A stretch of 64,000 nt of DNA from Tetramitus jugosus (taxonomy: Eukaryota > Protista > Heterolobosea), in assembly GCA_937625935.1 (NCBI GenBank), contig OW569386.1:355932-419931 (forward strand), in the 5' to 3' direction. Under the pieces are notes generated by a model that saw only the letters and a program-made list of their open reading frames with translations, ran no database searches and was not told where the DNA came from. Each line of letters starts with the position of its first letter. The first letter of the stretch is position 1. This document shows, one piece after another, positions 42,701 to 56,760 of this stretch. A program made the translations under genes and the position numbers.

Positions 42701-45700
42701 GTCAGTATCAAGACCAACGATTTTTGTTTTCATCAGGAGAGAACACTCACTCTCAACTCGGTGATGGTTTCTTTGTTGAGAGAAACATTCCTAAACAGTC
42801 AAGTATCTTGGCCAAAAAATTGTTCCATTTTATGAGTGCAGGTGCTGGATACTCCTTCGCAGTTAATTTTCACTCTGGTGCTTATGCATGGGGTTTGAAC
42901 GATGTTGGCCAATTGGGGGACGGATCAATCACGAATCGATACTTCCCTACACCAGTACTAAAGAATATTGATGTGGTGAGTCTCAAAACCTGCCAATATC
43001 ATTCTCTTGCACTGGATTCCTCTGGAGTCGTTTGGTCATGGGGGTCGAACTCTAATGGTCAGCTAGGAGTTGGAAATTTAGTGAATTCTCTGACTCCTGT
43101 TCAAGTACAGGGATTCACCAATATCACTATCAAGGCCATCGCTTGTGGTTTGTATCACTCAATGGCGCTCTCAACGAGCGGTGCAGTGTACACTTGGGGT
43201 AGAAGCAATGAAGGACAATTAGGGAACGGAAACACTGCCACACCGCTCACAACTCCATTCAGAATAACTCATAATTTCAACATTTTACGGATAACAAGTA
43301 TAGCTGCGGGCAATTATCATTCACTCGCTCTATCAGAGGATGGATCGATATTTGCTTGGGGTGCAAACAGCATGGGAAATCTGGGCGATGGAAAAGTAAT
43401 AGATCGAGTCGTGCCATTCAAACTTACATCCCTCTATGGTTATCCACTACAACAAAAGAGTATTCTTTCTGTTCAGGCATCCAGCGATGCATCATACGTT
43501 TTATTGTCTGACAATACAATTTATTCATGGGGCAAAAATAGTCAAGGCCAACTGGGGCTCGGTTCAGTCGTTCACCAACTGTTTCCGACGGCTGTACCTC
43601 TATCTCTTGATTACTCGATACAAACAATGTCCGCCAGTTATTCAGGTAATTTTATCGTGGTTTTGATGTCAAACGGTACTGCTTATGCATGGGGAGACAA
43701 CAGTAAAGGCCAGCTAGGAGATGGAAGTTTTACGAACAAACAATCACCAACAATTGTCCAAAATTCCATTCCGCAGAGATATATTACGGAGGTATCATCA
43801 GGATCAACACACACTCTTTATTTGTATGCGGGCACAGCATGTTTTGGTATATTATTCGATGATCCAACTGTTTGCTCATGGCATGGAAATTGTACGGCTC
43901 AGGACACATGTGAATGCGAAAAAAGTTATGGTGGAAGAGATTGTAGCGTAGCTCTGTGTTATGGAAAGAATGCCACTGATCCTGATGCATGTTCATCTCA
44001 CGGTCGTTGTATTTCGTTGGACACTTGTGTGTGTCATCAAGGATTTTCAGGAAAGAATTGTGAAGTGTCTGGATATGGTTACCTATTCGCCTCGGGTGAT
44101 GACAGATCCTCGCAACTCGGTAACAGAAACATTGGTATCCAATCGTCAATACTTCAATCCAGGTTGTTCATAGGCAAGGTCTTCAATTTTATTGTCGCTG
44201 CCTATTCATACACATTAGCAAAGGCGTTAGATGGTACAATTTATGCTTTTGGTGACAACAAATACGGACAGTTGGGTGATGGTACTTTTAACAATACACG
44301 AAGTCTTCCTGTTCAAATTTTGACTGGTGAGAATATTGTTGGTATGTGTGGAGGTTATTCACATGCTATGGCCTTGGATGATACAGGTCGTGTGTTTGCT
44401 TGGGGATCCAATATGTTTGGGCAGATTGGAAATAATGGAACCTTGGCTCACAATATCTATCTTCATCCGACAAGGGTGATGTTAGATGTTGAAATTGTCG
44501 CGATTTCATGTGGTATGCACCATTCCTTGGCTCTCAGTTGGAACGGTACAGTGTATACTTGGGGTATCAATACAAATGGAGAGCTAGGAGACAACAGTTT
44601 GATAAACAAAAACATACCCGTTCAAGTGGGTAGTTTGCTTGAAGACAAGCGAATCGTATCGATATCTTCCGGTGCCTCACACTCAATGGCTCTTGGTTCT
44701 GATGGAACTGTTTATACTTGGGGATTGAATAGTCGAGGGCAACTCGGTGATACTACCTTGACGAGTAAAATTATTCCTGTTCAAGTTTCGGGCCTTATTT
44801 ATGGAAAGCCAATCATTTCAATCTCTGCAGGTGAGCACTTTAGTTCTGCTCTTTCATTCGATTACAGAGTCTATACCTGGGGCGCTAACGATGCCGGGCA
44901 ATTGGGTGATCTGACATATGTGGACAGGAAACAACCCGTTCTTGCCTCGGGATTGCCCGATGATGCAGAAGTTGTTTCTATTAGTGCCGGTGGTCGTTAC
45001 ATGATCTCAATGACAGCCAATAGCTCCGTTTTCTCCTGGGGAAATAACATGTTTGGTCAATTGGGCGATGGTCTGTTCAATATTTCAAAAGTTTCTTCTC
45101 CTGTCCAAGCTGTTAATCAGTATGAATACACATATGTAACCTCCATCGAGGCTGGATACACTCACTCCACATACCTCCATAATGGTATAACATGTTTTGG
45201 AAAGTTTGTTGAAGATCCGACAGTGTGCTCAACGAAAGGAAATTGCACAGCTCATGACTATTGTGTGTGCGAGCCATATTACAACGCTTTGGACTGCAGT
45301 ACTTTTTACTGTTTCGGTTTTAATGCCACAGATGAGGGTGTTTGTTCCGGACATGGTTTTTGTGTTGCTGCTGACTCGTGCGTTTGTAAGCCTGGTTTCA
45401 ATGGAATTCGATGTGAAAATAAGATATCCGGATATGTGTTCGGAATTGGAGATAACAGCAATGGTCAATTAGGTGACAGTTATACGATCCCTCAAGTTGA
45501 TCCTACAGAAGTCACCGGGGCTTTGCAGGGAGTGCGCACAGTATTTATTGCAGCTGGTATAGATTTCACACTGGCTGTCACAATTAATGGAGAGATTTAT
45601 GGATGGGGTTTGAACAACTTTGGACAATTGGGCGATGGAACGACATTAACCCGATATAGACCCTCTCTTGTCAATAATCTTACGACTCAAATTACAACAG

Positions 45701-48700
45701 TGTGCGCTGGATCAAAACATTCGGCTGCTGTCGATGTTTATGGTCGTGTGTTTACTTGGGGCGCGAATAGTCGTGGCCAATTGGGCAACGGAAAAGTTTC
45801 CATTGGAGCAACAACAGTTCCTCATCTTGTGCGTGGTATCATTGAAAATCAAACAATTGTATCTGTCGTTTGTGGTGAAGAGTTTACTCTTGTGTTGAAT
45901 AATTTAGGCGAGATTTATGGCTTTGGAGATAATGCTGTTGGTCAGTTGGGCGATGGTTCGAACGCTGTTCAAACGCTTCCAGTGAGAACTGGTATTGGTA
46001 TGATTGATAATATTCCCATGGCCGCTATTTATGCTGGATATAAACATGCGTTGGCTATTGGACCTTTTGGAGTTTTGTATGCCTGGGGCGATAATTCCGC
46101 TGCACAATTGGGAGATGGAACTACATTTGGAAAGTATTCACCCATTCCGATCCTAACTGGTCCTCTAAGAGGCAAAATTATCATATCAGCAGCTGGCTCA
46201 AAGGAAAATTCCTATGTAGCTACAATTGATGGTTCCTTATTCTCATGGGGAGGGAACTTTTTTGGTGAGATAGGAGATAACTCTAGTAATATTCAGTACA
46301 AGGCCACTCCAACCAATATTCAAACAGGAACAAAGTCGATACGAGATTTGTTCGGGGGACAATCCAACGCTTTTGCACTCTCTGTGAATGGAACGGCCTA
46401 TTCTTGGGGTATCAACAGCTATGGACAGCTCGGCTCCAGAACAAAAGTGCAACAAAATTCACCTGCAACAGTCGTCAACCACTACACGGATCGTGTTATC
46501 TCTCTGATTGCCGCAGGAAATTTGCACACTACATTCTTGTACAACGCAACAGCATGTTTTGGGTTTTTGGCAGATGATGACAATGTTTGTTCGTCGAGAG
46601 GAGTTTGTGTGGACAATGATCGTTGTGAATGTTTTCAAGGATTCCAATCTTATGATTGCAGTGTTGTCGTTTGTAACGGTAGAAACAGTACTGATCCTAT
46701 GATATGTTCCGGTAACGGAATCTGCATTCCAAATGACACATGCATATGTCAGGATATGTGGACAGGTATTGATTGCGAGACGGTACCTTTCGGATATCTC
46801 TTTGCTGCGGGACGAGATCAAGATGGTCAATTAGGAGATGGACGAAGAGCTGATAGTAGACAAATGGTCAAATCGAGAACCATCAGTATTGATAGGAAAC
46901 CATTTAGATACATTTCAGGAGGCCTTTCGTTCTCCATTGGTATTCTGAATGATGAAGAGATTCGTTCATTTGGTTCAAATGACCAAGGACAGCTGGGTGA
47001 CGGAACCACTAGCACAGCCATCAATCCAGTATTGTTGCAACTTCCATCAAAACAAAGTCTAAAAACGATTGGTATTGGCAGCAACTTTGTCATTGCCGTA
47101 GACACCAACAATACGATTTATGGTTGGGGATCGAACGCAAACGGGCAACTAGCCCTTGGATTTGCGGGAGAATTTAGAAGTACACCTCATGTTATACCAG
47201 CTCTTCAAGGTTTTCATTTTGTCCATATTTCCTGTTCTATCAATCATTGTTTGGGATCTACATCCGATGGTCAAACCATCTCCTGGGGTTCTAACAATTT
47301 TGGTCAATTGGGGGACGGTACACTCAGTTCAACAAAAACCAGCTATCTACCATACAGGGTATTAAGCATCTTGGCAATCAAAAAATCTGCAATGGTATTT
47401 GCTGGCTATTATCACTCGATGGCTCTATCCATTGACGGTATTGTCTATTCATGGGGTGATAATACGCGAGGACAACTGGGAAACAATGTGACATCAACAA
47501 CACCTAGACTCTTACCATCTATCGTTCTTGGTTTGTCCAATGAGTTGGTAATCTATGTGACTGGTGGAGAGTATTTCTCTTGTGCCTTGTGCAAGAGCGG
47601 AAGAGTGTATTGCTGGGGTAATAATGCTGATGGGCAATTGGGTGATGGAACAACCAACACCAGAACTCTTCCTACGCTTGTATCCTCTCTCTATTCCGAA
47701 AATATTACACTTATTCGAGCTGGTAGATCTTTTGTATTGGCTCAAACAAGTTCTGGATTAGTGTATTCCTGGGGTTCGAATAGCAATGGCCAATTAGCAT
47801 TGGGAAGTTCAAGTAACAGAATATTAACTCCAATGATAGTCGGAAACTACTCCAATCGGTATAGTGAGTTCATTGGTACTGGTGCTTTCCATTCAATGAT
47901 TATATTCAATGGCACTACGTGCTTCAATGTGCTCCAAGATGATTCAGATGTTTGTTCGGGTAATGGTACTTGTCTGGACTGGGACACGTGTTTCTGTAAA
48001 CCAGGATTTTCAGGTGTCAACTGTGAGTTCACATCTTGCTCCGGTATCAATTCAACGAGTCCAACAGTCTGTTCCGGACATGGAGAGTGCAAATACCTCA
48101 ACACATGTATGTGTTGGGAGGGGCAATATGTGGGAAATGAGTGCCAGTATGAAGCCTGCTTCGGAAAGGGCTCAAATGACCCTCAAGTTTGTAGTGGTTT
48201 CGGAAAGTGTTTATCTCCAAACAATTGCACATGTGATCCAGGATACGTTGGTCACAATTGTCAGTACGTTGTTTGTCATGGAAGAAACACATCAGATAGC
48301 AAAGTTTGTTCTGGAAATGGTTTGTGCTACACGCCTGATAATTGTTTATGCTACAACAATCCTGCACCAGGATATACTGGAGGTAATTGTTCAGCAGCTC
48401 GATGTTACAGTCGTTTTGTGGATAGATTGACAGGAGTTGAATCCATTATTCAATATCCTGAGTCCACCTTGTCGTTGGATGTAGATCTCAGCCTTGTTTG
48501 TTCTCGTAACGGATATTGCAACACGCCGAACAAGTGCACATGTAAAACAGGTTACACGGACCAGTACTGCTCCACACCAATCTGTTTCAATATAACGGCC
48601 ACCAATGCTACTGCATGCAACTATGGAAAGAATGGAACTTGTGTTGCTTACGACAATTGTACATGTTTGACGCGATTTGATTCTGATGGGTGGTGTGTTC

Positions 48701-51700
48701 CTCTGAAATGTTTTGGAAAAAATTCGACAACAGATCCTCCAGCATGCAACAACCATCTTTCTCGTGGTAATTGTTTGAATGTAGATTTATGTGCATGTCA
48801 AAAAGGATATGGAGGTTTGGAATGCGAGCAAGCTATTTGTAATAACATTCTGGAGTACAATACATCACATGTCTGCAATGGAAGAGGAACTTGTGATCAA
48901 CCAGATATCTGTACTTGTCACTTGGGATACAATGGAACAGATTGCCAGTACGTGAATTGTTATGGTAAATTAGATGTTGAGAGTGCCGTTTGTTCTGGCA
49001 ATGGAGAGTGCATAGGACCTGATTCCTGCGAATGTCATGAAGGTTATGCGGGTAGCAAGTGTGAGTTATTCATATGTTATGATAAATTGTCTAACGTCTC
49101 GGATGTTTGTAGTGGTTTTGGTAAGTGTGTTGCACCGGACACATGCGAGTGCAAGTATGGTTATTCTGGTTTAGAGTGCTTCTATCCAAGTTGCTTCGAA
49201 GTTAATTCGACCGAAACTTCTGTATGTACTTCTCAAGGTGTGTGTTACAAGCCAGATAAATGCAATTGTACAACTGGATATGTAAGCAGAGATTGTAGTG
49301 TTCCAACATGTTTTGGCATATGGGGCACGAATAAGACTGCATGTTCGAATAATGGATTCTGTGTTCTTCCAGACGTTTGTGAGTGTGTTCCTAACAGAGT
49401 CGGTCAAGAATGTGAACTTAACGTTTGTTTCGGTAAGAATCAAACTGATGAATTCGTGTGTAGTGGTAACGGAAGATGTGTCAATCCAAATCAATGTAAA
49501 TGTTCGTCTGAATATACGGGTGCCGATTGTAGTGTGCCAATTTGTCACGGAATAGCAGCGTCTGACAACAGAGTTTGCTCTCGAAATGGAATTTGTGAGA
49601 AGCCAGATCATTGTGTTTGTTCAGAGGGAAGGATAGGACAAAGATGTGAATTGAATTTATGTTATTCATATAACGAAACTGATGTGGCAAATGTTTGCTC
49701 AGGCAATGGTAATTGCTATGCATATGATAAGTGTAATTGCTCAGATGGATGGGCGTCCAAGGATTGTTCAGTTCCCATTTGTTCAGGAGTATTAGCAACT
49801 GATAGGAGTGTATGTTCTTTCAATGGTCGTTGCGTACATCCTGATACTTGTAATTGCACAGACAAGAGAACAGGTTTAAATTGTGAGCAAAGTGTATGTT
49901 TCGGATTTAATCAGAATGACAAATCTGTTTGTAGTTCCAATGGAAAATGTGTCTCGCCTGATACTTGCAATTGTAACTCAGGAAGAACTGGAATTCAATG
50001 TGAATTCAATGTCTGTTATGGATTGAACGAGACAGATTTGAATGTATGCAGTGGAAATGGTCAGTGCATATCCCCTAATCGATGTAACTGCAAAACAGAG
50101 CATCATGGATGGGATTGCAGTAATCCTGTTTGTTTTGGTACACCATCAGTAAATGCGAGTGTGTGTTCCAGAAGTGGTCAGTGTGTGTTGCCAGATACTT
50201 GTGTTTGTAGTGCAGGTAGAACGGGTCTAAATTGTGAACTGAATATCTGTTCTGGACGAAATGAAACAGACGTGTCAGTGTGTAGTGGGCATGGTCGTTG
50301 TGTGAGTCCAAATATTTGCCATTGTACTGATGGATATACAGGAAATGATTGCCAGTACCCAGTTTGTTTTGGAAAACTGTCAACGGACTCAGGTGTGTGT
50401 TCAAAGAGTGGTGTGTGTACCTCTCCTGACAATTGTGTTTGTCATAATGGCCGAACTGGAATATCTTGTCAGTTGAACATATGTTTCCAAGTGAACGAAA
50501 CCAACGAATTTGTCTGCAACGGCAATGGTGTGTGCAATGCTCCTGATCATTGCCTTTGTAACAGCAATTTCACGGGATTTAATTGTAGTGTAAGGGTGTG
50601 TCAGACTGGTTATGCTGGCCAGAATTGTGAGATTATTATCTGTGCAGGGAAACTCTCCAATGATTCCACGGTGTGCAACGGACATGGTAGTTGCATCAGT
50701 CCTGATATGTGTCAGTGCACAGATATGTACACAGGTAGTAATTGTGAAGCCATTCAGGATCAATGTTCTGGAAACTTCTTACTCGTTAGCATTTTGGATG
50801 GCAAGGGAAATCAAAATATTTCATTGGTTGATTTCGCGTGTGGTCGGGTCGCCTACACCTTTTCTGTGCCTGTTTCCTCACAGATCATATACCATCCATC
50901 CTTAAAGAAGTATATTCTGTTCCGTAGTGGAGCATTGTATACGATTGATTCTGCTGGAAAGAGCCCGCCACTATTCTTGAGGTCTCTGTCCGCTAATGTC
51001 GAATCGAGTGCGATTTATACCAATGATGCAGATTTTATCAGCATTGTATCATACGAGGAGCACATTAAGATCTATCAAGTCAGCCTTTCTAAACCATCAG
51101 AAGACAAAACATACACGGATAGAAACTTTTTATCTATACCTACATATAGAGACAGCAGATTCATCACTCGTGATTCTCTTGGAAACTACTTTGTTTTCGG
51201 TCAAAACACGGCGGAAGAAATATGTATTGTTCAGATATATCCAAATGGTATTTTCTCTGTAATTGCTCGACTGCCAGAAATGGGAAATAGTGTTCATGCT
51301 CTCTCTTACATTGGAAGGCGTTTGTACGTCGCAACAAAATCTCGATTCTACTTCCTATTGTCAAGTGGATCATTAGCTCCCGAAATGGACTTATTGAATG
51401 GGTTTATCACAAAGAACAAGGTCGAGACTAATTTGAATATTTACTTTAATGATCCTAAGTCAGAGTATGTGATGTGGTCTCGCCGAGACAGATCTCTCTC
51501 GAACTCATATATGATGTATCCTCCGTCTCTTAAAGGAAAATCCTTCAAGATAATCGGTGACTTTAAACCCCAGTTAACAAGTATTGATCCACCATACTTA
51601 TCCACAAGCAAAAACCAACCCGTATCTCTTAACGGTCAATTCCTCCAAATAGGAGATTTCTCAACTGTCACTCTGTACAGTACAAGTTCCAAATTCCAAG

Positions 51701-53391
51701 TTGATGTGAAATTGCTTGACTGTGATATGTTTGATCTTCAGGGTGATGTTTGCTTTAATCCAGAATTCGATTGGGATCAAGGTGCCGGTGAGATTGAGCT
51801 CAATGTTCAAATCAACGTTCTTGGCTCTGCTTTTACAACATCAGTCGGAAGTACGAGTGAAGAAGCAGGTATAATAGGCGGATCTGGGTTCACATTTACA
51901 AAGTACACACCGACTGTTTCGAGAATATACCCCACTTCTGCCACTCTAGGTGATACTGTCAAAGTGTATGCCCCTTTTTTCAACGTAGGTGGCAATGTAA
52001 GCTGTGTATTCCGGTATAATGACACATCAGGAAACGAGTTAATGATTGTTTCGGATCCTATTATCGTGAGTCGAAAAACTATTGATTGCTTGGTGCCTGC
52101 TTTCCAAAATATTCTTCCTGATGACGTAGTTACAATCACGGCTCAAATGGAGGGTGATGAATACCACCGGAAGTATACTCCCGCGTTCTTCCATTTTACC
52201 AATACTGATAAGCACTTACTATACGATTCATTTGATGAAGAAACCACATTTATGGATCATTTCACGATATCTGACAATTCTTACACGCAATGGATTTCTT
52301 ATCAGCAAGAATCGAGCAGATCTTTTATCCAATATTTCTCTACCCTTACTTCAGAATCACCAAGAAGCAGCTTTGTTGCCAAGAATGTATTATTGTCTCG
52401 GACTGATCTTCACGTTAGCGTTGGGTTTATGTTGTTGGAAGGTATTGGAAATCTACTAGAATTGTGGCTCTCTTCCCCTACAGGCGCGTTCGTTTATGGA
52501 GCGGTAGTAAGAACTAACATCGGTTCCAAACTTCAATTGGTGTACAAGGTGGGAGGAATACAAGGACGCCATGAACAAGATTGCAGCATTTTCGATAATC
52601 AACCATACATGTTAGCACTCAAACTAGTTCGACCTGAAATAGAGAGAATGAATGATAATCTGGATGCTTTTGTTGAAATGTTGAAACAAAATGGTACAAA
52701 GAATGCTCCTGACGAACCTTGGCGCATCGATGTTATTCTCAAAAAACAACGACATATTCAATGTACCCTTTCGATAACACCTAGTGTCTCAGCTGTAGTA
52801 TTTAATGAGAGTATCATTAACAGTTCTATCAAAGTCGGACAGAGTTTGTTAGATACCAGTGTGAGGAGCATTGGTCAACGTACTGAGACTCTTAATGTGC
52901 TGTTGGACAGAGTATGGGTCGGTTGTCAGTTCGAACAGTACTGTAACAACACTATTATTCCCAAGACATGGACGCAACCAGAGAACATTGTTTCCTATGG
53001 GAAGAGTGTTGTCGTGGCTCTCTCTTCGGGCTTGGGTACTTTGTTTTTCCTGATGTTGCTTGCAGTTGTGGTACCAATCATCATTTTCTTCGTTTGGAGA
53101 TATCTCAGGAATCTGAAGAAGCGTAAAGAAACGGCAAAGTTGGATGCCTGGAAGTTTGAGTTTGTGTTAGACAAGTCTGTATCGTCGTTGGATGATACTT
53201 CTTTCTCTAGTGTTGCTCGAAAGATGTACAAGGTTGAAAATGGTGACGAGAATAAGTTGAATAATTATCTCAAAAAGAAAGCACTAAGGCACTATCAACC
53301 AAATATCATGGATTATGAAATGAGTGATGTTATTACTTCATCTTCTGGAACAAAAAGCGACCAGAGAAGTGATATACCTTTTGTGAAGTAA
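36721..53391 (+). CDS. Giant (~5,530 aa) type I surface protein: signal, EGF, 8 RCC1 propellers spaced by EGF pairs, ~23-EGF stalk, IPT/TIG-like region, TM, short tail
   Basis: Signal exon 36721-36793 (MKARAFNFLLLAVCTLLLLFSLRE) joins through GT-AG intron 36794-36880 in frame to VESQSC. Repeated WG.N..GQLGDG blades; C..C...G.C....C.C..G..G..C repeats; TM LGTLFFLMLLAVVVPIIIFFVW. Confidence 0.93.
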
Positions 53392-54093
53392 TGGACCACA
53401 AATCTGATCTTGTCCAAGTACTTAAGGTTCCAACAACCAATCCCACATAAAACAATCCATTTTTCAAAAATTCTGATGTTGTTGGGTATCCTTGTACACC
53501 TCCTTTTGTTTCTTCCAGTAAAGATGAATCGAAGGAACAATAAGATGGGTCAAAACTCAACGAAGAATAGCTGGTCCTCCCATCCCTGACTCACATTATC
53601 AATGATTATTTCAGAAGAGCCAAGCTAGCAAGGGTTTTGTCAGTCAAGGCTATTGTTAGTTAGTTCGCGAGAAAGGTACGGTCCACCATTTTGATAAGAA
53701 AGTAGGAGGTGAACACAGAGAAGTGGTGATAATGAAGTACAGATTTGAATCTTCACTCCTGACAAGTCATTTGATCAGCTGGAGAATGGTTGTGACAATG
53801 AAGTCTCTATTACTATTGTTGCTTATATAACACATATTGTCGGCCTGGATACAATTTACACATATTTGATGAGTCATGAGAGCCTTGAGTGATTAATTTC
53901 AAGGTCGCCACACTATGATCACCTCGGTTGACATTAGTTCCCGCTAGTGTTGGTAGACAAGGAAATGTGCCCCCATTCTCATTAAACAACTGAACCACGC
54001 CACCACCATTGAGCCTGCGAGAGTTGGGGAGCCCCATTCAAACTTGCACGGCAATAATTGGGGTCACTTAGCGACATTTATTGACATCAATAA

Positions 54094-55876
54094 TTAGTTA
54101 AAGTTGACCAAGTTGTAAACTCTCTCCAAACCAGGATTAACTCTTGACACATGGTTTCTTGGAGACCTGGTAGATACAGATATAATAGCTGGTCTGTTTT
54201 GTGCTTCGTGAACAATTTTGTAATACGTTTCATCATTACTTGAAACCGCATTGGCAATTGTTCCATTCAGCATTTGACAGAAAGGTTTGTCAATCGAGTA
54301 TACTACTTCTTGTGCGCCAGTTTCGCCAGAAATCTTGACCAGACTCCATTGGGAAGTCCTAGTAATTGGTAGAGCGGGAGCATGTCCAGGACTCAATGCA
54401 AGCAATTCGTGATTCTTGACATCATAGAACACCTCACTCCATGCATAGTCCTTGGTCGAGTTAATTTGAACGTGACGATAAGACTGAGGATCATTCAGAT
54501 TGACGCTATAGAATCTTTGTGGCATATCAACTCCTTCATGCTCATGTCTAGTCAACATGATCATTCTATGTTGGTCTGGATCATATGCGCTATACAAAAA
54601 GTCGACATAGGAGTTAATATCGTCCTTAGGAATGGAGACAATAGGTTTAGGATCAACTTCTCCATTTGTTTGAATTTTCACCAAACGCCATGTATTGGTA
54701 CTAAAATCGAAACTCCATGCATAGAGAGCATTCTCTGAATCCACATAGGTCAAACTACTCACAGCAATCTTGTTATCCAATTTGAAACTGTTGACAACAC
54801 CTGGTTTAGATCTCTCAATCATTATAAGCAAATCTGGATGAGCGTCTGGGTACTGGAAGTCAGTGTCAGAGTATGCCAAATAGTAAACTCTTTGATTTCT
54901 TGTATCAACAGCTGTTACACCATTTGAAATTCTCATCTTGTTCAATGGACGTGTCAATGAAATGAACCGACCATCGCTGATTGTATACTTGGACAAGTCA
55001 GTATGAAGAGCAATGTTGGCTGTTTCTGGATCAACAGTTACTGCTTGGAGCTGTCCATCAGTAGACTCATAGAGTCCAAACAAGTTTGAGTTTGAATTAG
55101 CCTTGTTGTTTCTTATCTCTAATACATCTCTTGGAACAGTTTTCTTTCTTGATGCTTGTTCTACAAGAGGTCTCTCTCCCAATGATTTGACAATTCTAAC
55201 ATCAGAGCATTGATGAAAAGCAGCAGGTTCCTCAGGCTTGTGAGACACATACCGAACTTGAATTACACAGTGATCACATTGAGCAAAGTCTCTTGGAATA
55301 GTCACATCAAGTGTGTAATTGGTTTGAGCCCATTGACGAGCAGGGTAATAGTCTGTTACGAAGGCCATTGGAGTAAAGCTAAGTAAAAACAAATAAAATC
55401 ACCATGAGTTGACTAAGATTAAATGTTCCTAAAGTAGTAGTAGAAGACAACAACATACTCTGATTGTTGAGTTGGGTCAGTGTTTCTAGAGATGGAAACA
55501 GACAAGTATCCAGTATTACCAATCGAATAATGATTCAAGTTTTGTTGGAAAGAGATTTTAAATGGCTTGGAAGAATCAATCTCAGTTGCTACGTGACCAT
55601 CAAAATTGATGCCACCACACTATACAAACAACAACAATTTAAGTTCAACCAAACACCACACTTTTCACACACAAATAGGCCTATAAATTATCACAAAACA
55701 ACCACACATACTGGCACTTTTGGTCTAAAACATTCGTTTTGTGCAATGTCACCGTTGAAAAAAGCTCCTCTTTGTCTTGGAGCGTACACGCACAGATGAG
55801 CATTGACATGGGTTGTCAGAGCGAATATGGTCGCGAACAGAGCCACAACGATCAGAGAAGAAGAAACAAATGACAT
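54094..55876 (-). CDS. Secreted LPMO-like (histidine-brace) domain fused to a probable beta-propeller, 3 exons
   Basis: Exons 55876-55712, 55619-55459 and 55378-54094 splice in frame: signal...HVNA|HLCVYAPRQRG...C...PCGG...FQQNLNHY...VTIP...C..CVIQVRY...AFHQCSDVRI, then repetitive beta-blade sequence. Confidence 0.8.
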
Positions 55877-56109
55877 GTTTTTTGTTAGTTTATTTAGTTT
55901 TGTTGAGTTCTGTTCAGAGAAATCATTCCCGGAGTTTGAGGAGTTGACAGCAAATTGAAGCCAATCTCCGTTAGCCTTAAGCATGACACGTATGATGACT
56001 CAGTAGTACTTTTTTCTGAATTTTTGTTTTGAAAAGATTGTATTTCCGCGAGTCCCAAAGAGGAAGGGAGAATTTGTTCACAAAAAACTGAGTTCGACCT
56101 TCAGAAGGC

Positions 56110-56760
56110 TCACCCTCATAATGAAGCGTGTTCTTGCAGATGCTCCAATTTTTGATCTGAGAGATTGTGTTCTCAACAATGATCCTCACCGAAGCCCAAT
56201 CGTTGTTGAACTCCTCTTCTTCCTTCGTTAAAGCCCTTCGTGGTTTCTTTAAGTTTACGACTCTTGCATGTTATATGCCTGAGAAGGCTGGATCACCGCC
56301 AATATATTCATCCTTTTGTAAATGCTCTTCGAACCTGACGTGCTCTGTCGCGTACATACTAGCGTCATTGTGAGCCCCATTGTAAGTGGGAGCGTCCAGA
56401 TATTATATTCACCTCTGATCCCCTCCCTACCTGTTTTGAATAAATTTGAATAAATTCGAACGTTACATTAATTCTCCGACTATGATTGGGATCAAGAGAC
56501 CCCTATGAATAAGTTTTTGAATAAATTTCTCAGACACTCTCCCTAGGGGCCCGTAAGAAATATAATCTAGACACTTCCAGTATCACACGCACTGTTTTTG
56601 GAGGCATACCAATCAGTTTCGTAAATGTATGTTTGTTTTTTCCAGAGAATGTACTCTGCTAAAATAGTTTGTTTTGTCGATATATCTTGATCTGTTGCTC
56701 TGAATTGTCAATAACCATCACTATCACCTTTTCTCTCCACATGATCGATTCCTTCAATCG
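56110..56760 (-). mobile_element. Decayed PIF/Harbinger-ISL2EU-type (DDE_Tnp_4) transposase
   Basis: Manual translation: VMVIDNSEQQI...*QSTFSGKNKHTFTKLIG, [insertion], TYNGAHNDASMY...YIGGDPAFSGI*...KKPRRALTKEEEEFNNDWASVRIIVENTISQIKNWSIC. All three catalytic motifs are visible; there are two in-frame stops. Confidence 0.85.
56388..56578. mobile_element. 191-bp MITE-like insertion inside the transposase
   Basis: Left end GGGAGCGTCCAGATATTATATT; right end reverse complement GGAAGTGTCTAGATTATATT; flanked by AGT at 56385-56387 and 56579-56581; transposase homology resumes on both sides. Confidence 0.65.
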
